Of a DNA stretch of 64,000 nt, positions 19,016 through 27,700 are shown piece after piece. Below the pieces are notes generated by a model. That model made no database searches. It was not told the origin of the DNA and saw only the letters and a program-made list of their open reading frames with translations. Made by a program: the position numbers and the translations under genes. Position 1 is the stretch's first letter; each line of letters begins with the position of its first letter. Origin of the DNA: an uncultured Haloferula sp. (GTDB lineage: Bacteria > Verrucomicrobiota > Verrucomicrobiia > Verrucomicrobiales > Akkermansiaceae). Location of the stretch: positions 1 through 64,000 of the forward strand of contig CBFGTS010000017.1 of assembly GCA_965652295.1 (NCBI GenBank). The letters are read 5' to 3'.

Positions 19016-19827
19016 ACCGGGTCGTCAGCCGCTGCCTGCAATCCCTCGCCCTCGTCACCTGGGGCGGTGCGCTGGTCTATTTCCACGCCAGCGGACGGAT
19101 GGTGAAATACCTCGCGCCCGACTTTCGGCTGATCGCCTTGGCAGGCGGGCTCGGGCTTGTCGTCGTCGGCCTGTTCTGCCTCCTCACCGCGCGCCAGCAG
19201 GCGGACTGCGGGCACGACCACGGCCCGGAGGACGCGCACGATCACGAGTCGCTCGACATCCACCCGCTGGGCGGCTTTGCGATCATGCTCGCCCCGCTGT
19301 TGCTGGCGATTGCCTGGACCACCGATGGCTATTCGGTCGCCGCGCTCACCCGCAAAGGCCTCGAAGACACCGCCGCGGAATCCGGGCTTTTTCTCTCCTC
19401 CATCCTGCCACCGCTAACGAAGGAACTGATCGAGGAACAGCACCCGTCGGATAAGAACGGCTACCGGCAGTTCCCCCTCATGGAGCTGTTCTTTTCCAGC
19501 GCGGATCCGGAAATGCGCGACCTAGTCGGCGGCATGCAGGTCGTCACCGAGGGCAGGCTGGTGGACGATCCCGACCCGCACGCGCCGCCGAACCAGCGCC
19601 GGCTTTACCGGCTTTTCATCACCTGCTGCGCGGCGGACAGCCGGCCGATCCCGATCATCGCCCGCTTCGAGGAACCGCTGCCGGAGATCGACGAAAACGA
19701 ATGGGTCCGCCTCTCCGGCACGATCACCTTTCCCGACGAGGGCGAAGGTCCGGTCTCGGTGCTGGAGGTGGATTTCCCGGAAATCGTCCCGGCTCCTCCC
19801 GAGGAATCCTTCATGCGCGGCTATTAG
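19012..19827 (+). CDS. DUF1980 / YcgQ-like membrane protein
   Basis: ATGA overlap with permease; RLFITCCAAD and WVRLSG motifs; CGHDHGPEDAHDH loop. Confidence 0.85.
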   Translation: MNRVVSRCLQSLALVTWGGALVYFHASGRMVKYLAPDFRLIALAGGLGLVVVGLFCLLTARQQADCGHDHGPEDAHDHESLDIHPLGGFAIMLAPLLLAIAWTTDGYSVAALTRKGLEDTAAESGLFLSSILPPLTKELIEEQHPSDKNGYRQFPLMELFFSSADPEMRDLVGGMQVVTEGRLVDDPDPHAPPNQRRLYRLFITCCAADSRPIPIIARFEEPLPEIDENEWVRLSGTITFPDEGEGPVSVLEVDFPEIVPAPPEESFMRGY

Positions 19828-19895
19828 GCGGCCTGCCAGGTGACGGAATCGTGCGGCTTGTGAAATATCCGGGCTGGCGGACGTATCCCCGGAAC

Positions 19896-22178
19896 GTGCG
19901 AACCGTTTCCGGACATCTCCTGGCTCTCCTTTTCACCGGCTCCCTGCTTGGTGAGGAGCCCGCTGCGCGCTGGGAAAACGAAGCGCTTCCGCTGTTCGAG
20001 AACTACTGCTTCGACTGCCACGGCGATGGCGTGAAGAAGGGCGAGCTGGACCTCGACCGTTATCCGGACATCGCTGCGATGCAGGCGGATCGCGACGTGT
20101 GGAAACGCATCCGCCAGAACCTGGAGCAGCACCTGATGCCGCCGCCGGACGAATACCAGCCGGCCGTGGACGAGCGGCAGGCGCTGATCGATTGGATCGA
20201 CGCCGCCGTTTTCCCCGTGGATCCGGATCGCCCGGACCCCGGCCGCGTGACGCTGCGGCGGCTGAACCGCATCGAGTATCAGAACACCCTCCGCGACCTG
20301 CTGGGCGTGGACGTCAAGGTCACCGACCTCCTGCCGCCGGACGATTCGGGGTACGGCTTCGACAACATCGGCGATGTGCTGACGCTCTCGCCCGCGCATC
20401 TCGACAAATACCTGGAAGCCGCGCACCTCGCCCTGGCCGCCGCGACGCATCCCGGGGAAATGCCGTTTCCCACCCGTGAAATCCGCGGTCTGAAGCTCAA
20501 GGGCGATGGCAGGGCCGACTCCTCCGGCCATTATTTATCCACCAATGGCAGCGTCCGCGCAGGCTTCGATGATTCTTCCTCAGGCCCGCACCGTTTGATC
20601 GTGCGCGCCGCCGGATCGGTCGGGCCGAAAGGGCCGCCGGACGTCACCATCCACCTCGGAGAGACCCAGCTCGGCCAAGCCACCGTGCATGCAGCGGCGG
20701 AAGATCCGCTGAAGCTCGAGTTCGACGTGATGCTGGAAGGCAGTGGCTCGAAGGAAGTGCGCGTTGTCTTTACCAACGACTCCTACAACCCGGAGGGAGA
20801 GCGCGGAAAAAAGGACGCCAACCTGCTGGTCGAATCGGTCGCCCTGATCGGCCCGACGGATGGTCCGCGGCTGCCGAAGCCGGCCTCGCACCAGCGGATC
20901 TTCGACGAGGTGCGGAAGGATGAAAACGACGACGCTCGGGCTCTGCGCATCTACTCGGACTTCGCTCGCCGGGCCTTCCGCCGTCCGCTTGAGGAGGGTG
21001 AGGCCGCGCGCTACGTGGAGCTCTTCCAGCTCGCCCGCAGCCAGGGCCAGGATTTCGAAAACGCGGTGATCCTCGGGCTCGAGGCGATCCTCGTTTCGCC
21101 CTCGTTCCTGTTCCGTGAGGAGCCGCAGCCGGAACCGGACCGCCCGGGATCCATCCACCTCGTCAACGAACACGTGCTGGCCACCCGCCTGTCGTATTTC
21201 CTCTGGTCCACGATGCCGGACGAGCGGCTCTCGCGGCTGGCGGACGAGGGGAAACTGCGCGACCAGCTCGCAGCGGAGATCGACCGCCTGATCGATTCCC
21301 CGCGCAGTCGGGCGCTGATCTCGAACTTCGGCGGCCAATGGCTCCAGCTCCGTGACCTCGCGGCGGCCCGTCCTTCGCCGCGTTCCTACCGCGGCTTCGA
21401 TCTCGCGCTGCGCGGCGACATGCGCCGGGAGACCGAGCTGCTCCTCGCCCATCTGATCCGCGAAAACCGCCCCATCACCGAGCTGCTCGATGCCGACTAC
21501 ACCTTCGTCAATGCCCGCCTCGCCCGCCACTACGGTATCGAGGGCGTCGAGGGTAAGAAGTTCCGCAAGGTCCCGCTCGACGACACCCCGCGCCGCGGTT
21601 TGCTCGGCCATGGCTCCTTCCATCTGCTCACCTCGTTGCCGATCCGCACCTCGCCGGTGATGCGGGGCAAGTACGTCCTCGAAAACCTCCTCGATACCGC
21701 CCCGCCGCCACCGCCGCCGAACGTTCCGCAGCTTGAATCGCCGCGGCGCGGGAAAAAGCAGCACCTCACCCTGCGCGAGCAGATGGTGAAACACCGCGCG
21801 GACCCGGCGTGCTCCGCCTGCCACGCGCTGATGGATCCCATCGGCTTCGGCCTGGAGAACTTCGACGCCGACGGCTCGTGGCGCGTGCAGGATCAGGGAA
21901 AGCCGCTCGACGTTTCCGGCGAACTCGCTGGCGGCCGGAAATTCAACGGAGCCGACGAATTGCGCCAGATCCTGGTTTCCGACCACCGGCGTGATCTCAT
22001 GCACTCGGTCGCCTCCAAGCTGCTCACCTACGCCCTCGGCCGCGGCACCGATTGGTACGACAAGCCCGCCCTCGATCGCATCCTTTCCGAAACCGATGAG
22101 GCCGGCGGCGGTTTCCGTTCCATGATCCACGCCGTCGTCCGCTCCGTCCCGTTCCAATACCGCCGCGGGGACGGCTGA
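19896..22178 (+). CDS. DUF1592/DUF1588/DUF1587 planctomycete-type cytochrome c domain protein
   Basis: Heme motifs CFDCH and CSACH; RRLNRIEYQNT, GFDN, FARRAFRRP, LATRLSYFLWS, TSPVMRG; start (GTG 19896) uncertain. Confidence 0.9.
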   Translation: MRTVSGHLLALLFTGSLLGEEPAARWENEALPLFENYCFDCHGDGVKKGELDLDRYPDIAAMQADRDVWKRIRQNLEQHLMPPPDEYQPAVDERQALIDWIDAAVFPVDPDRPDPGRVTLRRLNRIEYQNTLRDLLGVDVKVTDLLPPDDSGYGFDNIGDVLTLSPAHLDKYLEAAHLALAAATHPGEMPFPTREIRGLKLKGDGRADSSGHYLSTNGSVRAGFDDSSSGPHRLIVRAAGSVGPKGPPDVTIHLGETQLGQATVHAAAEDPLKLEFDVMLEGSGSKEVRVVFTNDSYNPEGERGKKDANLLVESVALIGPTDGPRLPKPASHQRIFDEVRKDENDDARALRIYSDFARRAFRRPLEEGEAARYVELFQLARSQGQDFENAVILGLEAILVSPSFLFREEPQPEPDRPGSIHLVNEHVLATRLSYFLWSTMPDERLSRLADEGKLRDQLAAEIDRLIDSPRSRALISNFGGQWLQLRDLAAARPSPRSYRGFDLALRGDMRRETELLLAHLIRENRPITELLDADYTFVNARLARHYGIEGVEGKKFRKVPLDDTPRRGLLGHGSFHLLTSLPIRTSPVMRGKYVLENLLDTAPPPPPPNVPQLESPRRGKKQHLTLREQMVKHRADPACSACHALMDPIGFGLENFDADGSWRVQDQGKPLDVSGELAGGRKFNGADELRQILVSDHRRDLMHSVASKLLTYALGRGTDWYDKPALDRILSETDEAGGGFRSMIHAVVRSVPFQYRRGDG

Positions 22179-22287
22179 TCCATAATCTCATATATCAAAT
22201 GTACGATGTCATCTACTTCTGCTCACTTCTGGAATCCGAAGCCTGAGATCTGAGGTTCCCATCTGAAACTTCCACACTCTGTCCTTC

Positions 22288-23583
22288 ATGAATTCACGCC
22301 GCCATTTCCTCAAAGGCATCGCCGCGAGCCTGGCGTTGCCGTCGCTCGAATCCTTCGGCAGCCCGATCGCCACGGCCGCCGCGCATCCCCGTCGCCTGGC
22401 CTTCGTCTACGTGCCGAACGGCGTGAACCTCAGCCGCTGGCTGCCGCAGGGCGATACGCTCGAGTTCAGCAACTCGCTAGCGCCGCTCGCCGGGCTCGAA
22501 AAACACATCTCGCTGCTGCGCCACCTCGACCATGACAAGGCTTTCGCCAACGGCGACGGGGCCGGCGACCACGCCCGTGCCAACGCCACCTTCCTCACCG
22601 GCTGCCAGGCACGGAAAACGGCGGGGGCCGACATCCAGGTCGGCATTTCCGTGGACCAGATCGCCGCCCGTCAGATCGGTCACCAGACGCGGCTGCCCTC
22701 GCTCGAACTTTCCACCGATCCGGCGCGCCGGTCCGGCCACTGCGATTCCGGCTACTCCTGCGCCTATCAGTTCAATCTTTCCTGGTTGGATGAAGACACG
22801 CCGGCCCCCGCCGAGCGCGACCCGCGAATGGTCTTCGAGAAACTCTTCGGCTCCGGCAATGCCAGGGAAGACGCCAAGCGCCGCGTCCGCCGCAAGAGCA
22901 TCCTCGATTTCGTCCGTAGCGATGCCAGGCGCCTGCAAACCCGCCTCGGCTCGACCGATCGCGGCAAAGTCGACGAATACCTCACCGCCGTGCGCGATCT
23001 GGAGAAACGCATCGAACACGCCGAAACCCACCGCCCGGCGAAACCCGCCATCGAGCGCCCCGAGGGCATTCCGGCGAGCTACGCCGAACACATCCGGCTC
23101 CAGTTCGAGCTGATGGCGCTGGCGTTCCAGACCGATTCGACGCGGGTCTCCACCTTTCTCCTCGCCCACGATGGCTCCAACCGCGCGTTCCCCGAGCTCG
23201 GCATTCACAACGGCCACCACGCCATTTCCCACCACCGCAACGACACCGAACTGCTCGATCAGATCGCCACCATCGACCGCTTTTACGCCGAGCAGTTCGC
23301 CTGGTTCCTGAAACGCATGCAGGAAACCCGGGAAGGCGAGGGCACGCTGCTCGACCATTCGATGATCGTCTACGGCAGCGGCATCGGCGATGGCAACCGG
23401 CACAACCACAACGACCTGCCGCTGCTCCTCGCCGGTGGCGGGGGCGGCACCTTGAGCCCCGGCCGGATCATCCAAGCCAAGGAGGGCACCCCGATGACCA
23501 ACCTCCACCTCGCATTGCTCGACCGGATGGGCGTCCGCGCCGATCGCGTGGGCGATTCGACCGGCGTGCTGGCGGGAATCTGA
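22288..23583 (+). CDS. DUF1552 domain protein (Tat-exported)
   Basis: Tat motif SRRHFLK; YVPNG, SVDQIAA, LAFQTDSTRV, HNHNDLP; canonical partner of DUF1592. Confidence 0.92.
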   Translation: MNSRRHFLKGIAASLALPSLESFGSPIATAAAHPRRLAFVYVPNGVNLSRWLPQGDTLEFSNSLAPLAGLEKHISLLRHLDHDKAFANGDGAGDHARANATFLTGCQARKTAGADIQVGISVDQIAARQIGHQTRLPSLELSTDPARRSGHCDSGYSCAYQFNLSWLDEDTPAPAERDPRMVFEKLFGSGNAREDAKRRVRRKSILDFVRSDARRLQTRLGSTDRGKVDEYLTAVRDLEKRIEHAETHRPAKPAIERPEGIPASYAEHIRLQFELMALAFQTDSTRVSTFLLAHDGSNRAFPELGIHNGHHAISHHRNDTELLDQIATIDRFYAEQFAWFLKRMQETREGEGTLLDHSMIVYGSGIGDGNRHNHNDLPLLLAGGGGGTLSPGRIIQAKEGTPMTNLHLALLDRMGVRADRVGDSTGVLAGI

Positions 23584-23630
23584 GCCGTGGCGAAACATCC
23601 GGCCGGCCAGCTCCGTTTTCTCGGCAACCC

Positions 23631-24035
23631 ATGGCTGGAAAACACGTTTTCATCACCGAGTCCGAAGCGCTGAAGGAAGACTTCAAGGGCCGCACGAACT
23701 ACTGGATGTGCCGTCCCGAGATCGCCGATAGCAAGGACCTGCAAGTCTGCCGCGCCGTGCTTCCCGCGGGGGAGGGGCATCCGTTTCACACCCACCCGGA
23801 ACTGGAGGAAGTCATCTACGTGCTGGAGGGGGAGATCGAGCAGTGGGTGGAAAAGGAGCACCGCCGACTCGGTCCGGGACAAGCGGCCGTGATTCCCGCC
23901 GGAGTCGTGCATGCCACTTTCAATCCCTCGGGTGAGGATGCCGTCATCCTGGCCATCCTTTCGCCCGGCTCCAGCGAAGGCCCCTTCGCCGTCGATGTCA
24001 GCGGGGAAGAACCGTGGCGCTCGCTGCGTGGCTGA
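23631..24035 (+). CDS. Cupin domain protein
   Basis: HPFHTHPELEEVIYVLEG ... IPAGVVHATFN. Confidence 0.92.
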   Translation: MAGKHVFITESEALKEDFKGRTNYWMCRPEIADSKDLQVCRAVLPAGEGHPFHTHPELEEVIYVLEGEIEQWVEKEHRRLGPGQAAVIPAGVVHATFNPSGEDAVILAILSPGSSEGPFAVDVSGEEPWRSLRG

Positions 24036-24096
24036 AAGTCGAGTCCGTCCGCATCCCCCCCGGAATCATTCCCCTGATGGGGAGCGGTGGGGCGGG

Positions 24097-24289
24097 CGAG
24101 CCACGGCCGGCGAGAAGAAAAACCCATGAAACTCCTCACCGGCCGTGGTGCCTAGTCTGTAAGTTGTGGCGGTGACCACGACCGGAGAGGGAAAAAACCC
24201 ATAAATCCCTCTCCGATCGTGTGTTACCGAGGCAGTCCGAAGGTCAAACCCATAAAGACGCTTCATTCTGTCGCGGAACCATCCACAAC
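24097..24289 (-). ncRNA. Candidate sigma54-dependent small RNA with three hairpins sharing the loop UU(U/C)AUGGGUUU
   Basis: Three stem-loops (24101-24148, 24170-24229, ~24231-24272) with plus-strand loops AAACCCATGAAA/AAACCCATAAA; 5' GUUGUGG (24289-24283) pairs with 24169-24163; consensus sigma54 promoter immediately upstream; no credible ORF. Confidence 0.7.
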
Positions 24290-24297
24290 ACCAGATA

Positions 24298-24314
24298 AGC
24301 AAGGGCGGTGCCAA
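24298..24314 (-). promoter_or_regulatory. Consensus sigma54 (-24/-12) promoter
   Basis: Minus strand TTGGCAC-CGCCC-TTGCT; predicted TSS about 24287-24289. Confidence 0.85.
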
Positions 24315-24441
24315 GTTCGTCCGAACTGGACAGGACGCGGCATTTTCCGAGGAACCGCCTGCATTTCAATCGGTCCGGCCTGGACGCATGAAACCCGGCC
24401 GCGGGATTGACGCCCCGGAACCGCTCGGCAAGCTTCGGGGC

Positions 24442-24786
24442 ATGCCGCGATTTGTCGCCAACGCCGACTACGAGGACAAGGACTCCCGCCCGCTGGCCCT
24501 GACCGCCGGGGACGAAGTGACCGTGGGCCCCGAGGATCGTACCTGGCCCGGCTGGGTGTGGGCAACCGATGACCGGGAATGCCGCGGCTATGTGCCGGAG
24601 CAGATCCTCGAACCGCTCGGCGAGGGCCGTTTCGCCGCAATGGAGGATTTCGATCCCACCGTGCTCACCGTGAAGCGCGGAGACGAGCTGGAATCGCTCC
24701 GCCAGATCCACGGCTGGCACTGGTGCCGCAGCGACGGTGGCACCGAAGGTTGGGTGGCCGGCTACCTTCTGCGCCCGGCGGGCTGA
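24442..24786 (+). CDS. Tandem SH3-domain protein
   Basis: Two SH3-like repeats: L.LTAGDEV...WPGWVW...GYVPEQ and LTVKRGDEL...GWHWC...GWV; start 24442 (alt 24388). Confidence 0.8.
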   Translation: MPRFVANADYEDKDSRPLALTAGDEVTVGPEDRTWPGWVWATDDRECRGYVPEQILEPLGEGRFAAMEDFDPTVLTVKRGDELESLRQIHGWHWCRSDGGTEGWVAGYLLRPAG

Positions 24787-24840
24787 GCCGTCCGCGCATG
24801 GATCTTGAGGCCGGTCGGGCTTCATGCTAGGGAGGCCACC

Positions 24841-26706
24841 GTGCCTCCCGTCCTTATCCTCCGAGCCGGCCGGTGTGGCGTGGTCGTTGCCGCCATGGCC
24901 TTGATCGCGTGCAGTTCACCGCAGCGCAAGGCACTGGAGGAATTGCGGTCGCGCGGGGTCGAAGCCACAGGTCCGCGGTTGCTCGAAACCGTCCGCGAAG
25001 GGAACACCGGCGTGCTCCGCCTGCTCATCACCGCCGGCACCTTCACCGGCCAGCGGGACGAGCGCGGTTACACGCCGCTCCACATCGCCATCGAGCGCGG
25101 GGCGGTGGATGCAGCTTGGCTGCTCATCGAAGGTGGTGCCGACCTCGATGCGCTTGCACCAGACAAGGTTTCCCCGCTTTCCATGGCCGTCGTCCGCGGT
25201 GAAGCCGCCATCGCCGACAAGCTGCTCACCGCCGGTGCGAAGCCCGAGGGCCGCACTCCGGACGGGGAGGAATTGCTGCCGTGGGCCATCCGCCACGGCC
25301 GCTGGGTCGTCGTCCGCCGCCTGATGGAAAACGGGGCCGACCCCCACCTCGCGGACCAGCACGACAACCCGCTCCTGCACATCGCGATCGCCGCGGGCAA
25401 GCGTGCCCAGGTCCAGCAGCTCATCCAGCTCGGTGCCGACTGCGGCGCGGTCGACAGTGAGGGCGAGAGCGCCATCGTGCTGGCGATCCGCCGCGGCTGG
25501 AAAGACCTCGTCCCGGCGCTCGCCAAGGAGGGTGCCGATCCGAACCGGCCGGACCGCGAGAGCGTCGCGCCGCTCACCCGGGCCTACCGCGCCGGCGACA
25601 TGGAGCTTTTTGAAATGCTGCGTGCCTGCGGCGCGCGCCCCGGCCCCGGTGACGGCCCCAAGCGTCTCGCGGAGGCCTACGAGGCGCGGGATGACAAACT
25701 GGCCAGAATGCTGGTTCGCCTCGGAATCCGGCCTCCGCCCTCGCTCATCCGCCGCGCTGCGCTTGAGGACGAAGTGCGTTTCCTGCACCTCTTCCTCTCC
25801 TACGCGGAAGTTCCACCCGGCCTTTTGCGGGAATGCGCCGTGCCCGGTCGAGCCCATCTCGCCTCCCTGCTCCTCGCCCACGGCGCTAAGGTGAACGAGT
25901 CCGGCACCCCTTTCACCGCCACCGCTTTCACCACCGCCTTGGAAAGTGGTTGTGATGCCCTCGCCGTTCGCCTGCTTGATGCCGGCGCGCATCCCGACGC
26001 CCCGACCCGGTGCGGCGTCCCGCCCCTCCATCTCGCCCTTGCCCGTGGCCAGGCCGCCGCCGTCCGCCGCCTCATCAAGCACGGCGCGGATGTCAAATCG
26101 CCCCTGCCTTCCCCGGTCCCGCCGGCCTTCAGCCGGATCATCCGTGGCGACAACCTCCGCTGGCTGCTACGTCACGACAGCCGGATCGCGCCCCTGATGT
26201 TGGCCGTCGACAGCGGCTCCGTGGAAACCGCCAGCGCCCTGCTGAATGCCGGCGCGGAGAAATCCGTCTGGACCCGCCGCAGCCGCATCTGGCCGATCAA
26301 CCTCGCCGCCGGCCATGGTGACGTCCCGATGATGCGGCTGCTTCTCGGCAAGGAACCCTACCGCGAGCAGCGGCGCGTGCGGATCGACCTTTCCGAGCAG
26401 CGGCTGAAGGTGTTCAGCATGGACGGCTCCGAGATCTTCGAAACCCGGGTCTCGACGGGCCGCCGCGGCTACCCCACGCGCACCGGAACTTTCGCCATCA
26501 CCAACCGCTACCGGTATTGGCACTCGACGATCTATCATTCCCCGATGCCGTTTTTCCAGCGGCTGAGCTGCGGCGACTTCGGAATCCACCAAGGCTCTGT
26601 TCCCGGCTATCCCGCCTCGCACGGCTGCATCCGCGTCCCCGCCGGAAACGCAGGCCGCCTCTTCGGCATCACCGACCTCGGCGACCGGGTCGACATCGTT
26701 CCGTGA
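24841..26706 (+). CDS. Ankyrin-repeat lipoprotein with C-terminal L,D-transpeptidase (YkuD) domain
   Basis: Lipobox LIA-C; multiple TPLH/PL..A ankyrin repeats; IDLSEQRL, VSTG, GIHQG, SHGCIR; GGGAGG precedes GTG 24841. Confidence 0.88.
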   Translation: MPPVLILRAGRCGVVVAAMALIACSSPQRKALEELRSRGVEATGPRLLETVREGNTGVLRLLITAGTFTGQRDERGYTPLHIAIERGAVDAAWLLIEGGADLDALAPDKVSPLSMAVVRGEAAIADKLLTAGAKPEGRTPDGEELLPWAIRHGRWVVVRRLMENGADPHLADQHDNPLLHIAIAAGKRAQVQQLIQLGADCGAVDSEGESAIVLAIRRGWKDLVPALAKEGADPNRPDRESVAPLTRAYRAGDMELFEMLRACGARPGPGDGPKRLAEAYEARDDKLARMLVRLGIRPPPSLIRRAALEDEVRFLHLFLSYAEVPPGLLRECAVPGRAHLASLLLAHGAKVNESGTPFTATAFTTALESGCDALAVRLLDAGAHPDAPTRCGVPPLHLALARGQAAAVRRLIKHGADVKSPLPSPVPPAFSRIIRGDNLRWLLRHDSRIAPLMLAVDSGSVETASALLNAGAEKSVWTRRSRIWPINLAAGHGDVPMMRLLLGKEPYREQRRVRIDLSEQRLKVFSMDGSEIFETRVSTGRRGYPTRTGTFAITNRYRYWHSTIYHSPMPFFQRLSCGDFGIHQGSVPGYPASHGCIRVPAGNAGRLFGITDLGDRVDIVP

Positions 26707-26708
26707 AG

Positions 26709-26745
26709 CGAAAGGAGCGGCGGTCAATGCCCGCCGCTCTTTTGG
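26709..26745 (-). repeat. REP-like palindrome family A copy 2, probably a bidirectional terminator between convergent genes
   Basis: CGAAAGGAGCGGCGGTCAATGCCCGCCGCTCTTTTGG. Confidence 0.65.
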
Positions 26746-26747
26746 GG

Positions 26748-27674
26748 TCACTCCGCCTTGGCGGCGTACTTCGACAGTTCGGCCAGCTCTGGAGGAAGAG
26801 TGCGGCCGCCGCCGAGGGTCGCTTGGTACAGCTTGGACAGGGCTCCGGCCTCGCGCAGGCGGGCGGCTCCCGTCGAGCCGGGCGCTTCTTCCGGCGTGCC
26901 ATGGAGGCGTTTGGCCGCTTTCACGTTCTCGTCTTCCAGGTAGAGCCGCATGGCACGCTCCGCCGCGTTGGCGGCCACGACTTCGGAACCACCGGCGTCG
27001 GCCGTGATGGCCAGGTTGTAGCTGTCCAGCGCCTCAAACGGGCGCTTCTGCCCCTCCAAGGCCACTCCGAGGGCATAACCCACCTGAGCCCGCTGGTTGC
27101 CGGGCAGTTTCTTGTCCAGATGAGTGCGGGCGATGCCTTCAAGGCGGTCCCAGGACTTGGCGTTCAGCGCCTCCCACATCGGATACAGCTCAAGCTGCGT
27201 CTGCTGATAGCTGCGGGTCAGGCTTTCACGATCGTCCGGCTGGAACTCTTCGCGGGCCTTGGCCAGCTCGTCGAAGCGCTCCAGTTTCCGCAGGCACTCC
27301 ATGGCGTAAAAGGCGGCGAGCGAGGAGTGGTTGTCGGGCAGCTCGATGAGGTTCTTGTATTCCTCCCGCACCGCGCGGAACCCTTCAAGCGCCTGCTCGT
27401 AGCGCCGCCCTTGGAAATCCTCCAAGGCGGCCGTGTAGGCGGGGGGCTCCATCAGCCAGATCGACTGGGGCTTGGAAATTGCCAGCTTCTTGCTGTCGAC
27501 CCCTTTCTCCGTCTCGTAGTAGAGGATCTGGGCTTTGTTCGCATCGCCGATCCACACCCGCTCCACCTTATCCTGGTGGTAGATGAGAACGGCTTCCTGC
27601 TGGAAACGCTGCGCGTGAACGACGGTGGCGGACAAGGCCAGCGCGGCAAGCGAAAGGGAAAAGAGGGCTTTCAT
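26748..27674 (-). CDS. Exported TPR-like hypothetical protein
   Basis: Signal peptide (..VHA-Q), helical repeats; last gene of exbBD-TPR operon. Confidence 0.75.
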   Translation of the reverse strand: MKALFSLSLAALALSATVVHAQRFQQEAVLIYHQDKVERVWIGDANKAQILYYETEKGVDSKKLAISKPQSIWLMEPPAYTAALEDFQGRRYEQALEGFRAVREEYKNLIELPDNHSSLAAFYAMECLRKLERFDELAKAREEFQPDDRESLTRSYQQTQLELYPMWEALNAKSWDRLEGIARTHLDKKLPGNQRAQVGYALGVALEGQKRPFEALDSYNLAITADAGGSEVVAANAAERAMRLYLEDENVKAAKRLHGTPEEAPGSTGAARLREAGALSKLYQATLGGGRTLPPELAELSKYAAKAE

Positions 27675-27700
27675 GTTCGGAAACGGTTGCGGGCTGGGAA

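Noticed and set aside
22179..22287. TCTGA/ACTTCTG-rich intergenic tract
   Set aside because: Repeats are too degenerate to define a unit or structure.
24066..24410. Short ORFs 24066-24314 (-) and 24219-24410 (+), and a CRISPR interpretation of the repeated AAACCCAT motif
   Set aside because: The ORFs lack coding-like composition and overlap the sigma54 promoter and hairpins. The repeats are only ~11 nt, sit in hairpin loops with irregular spacing, and no cas genes are present.
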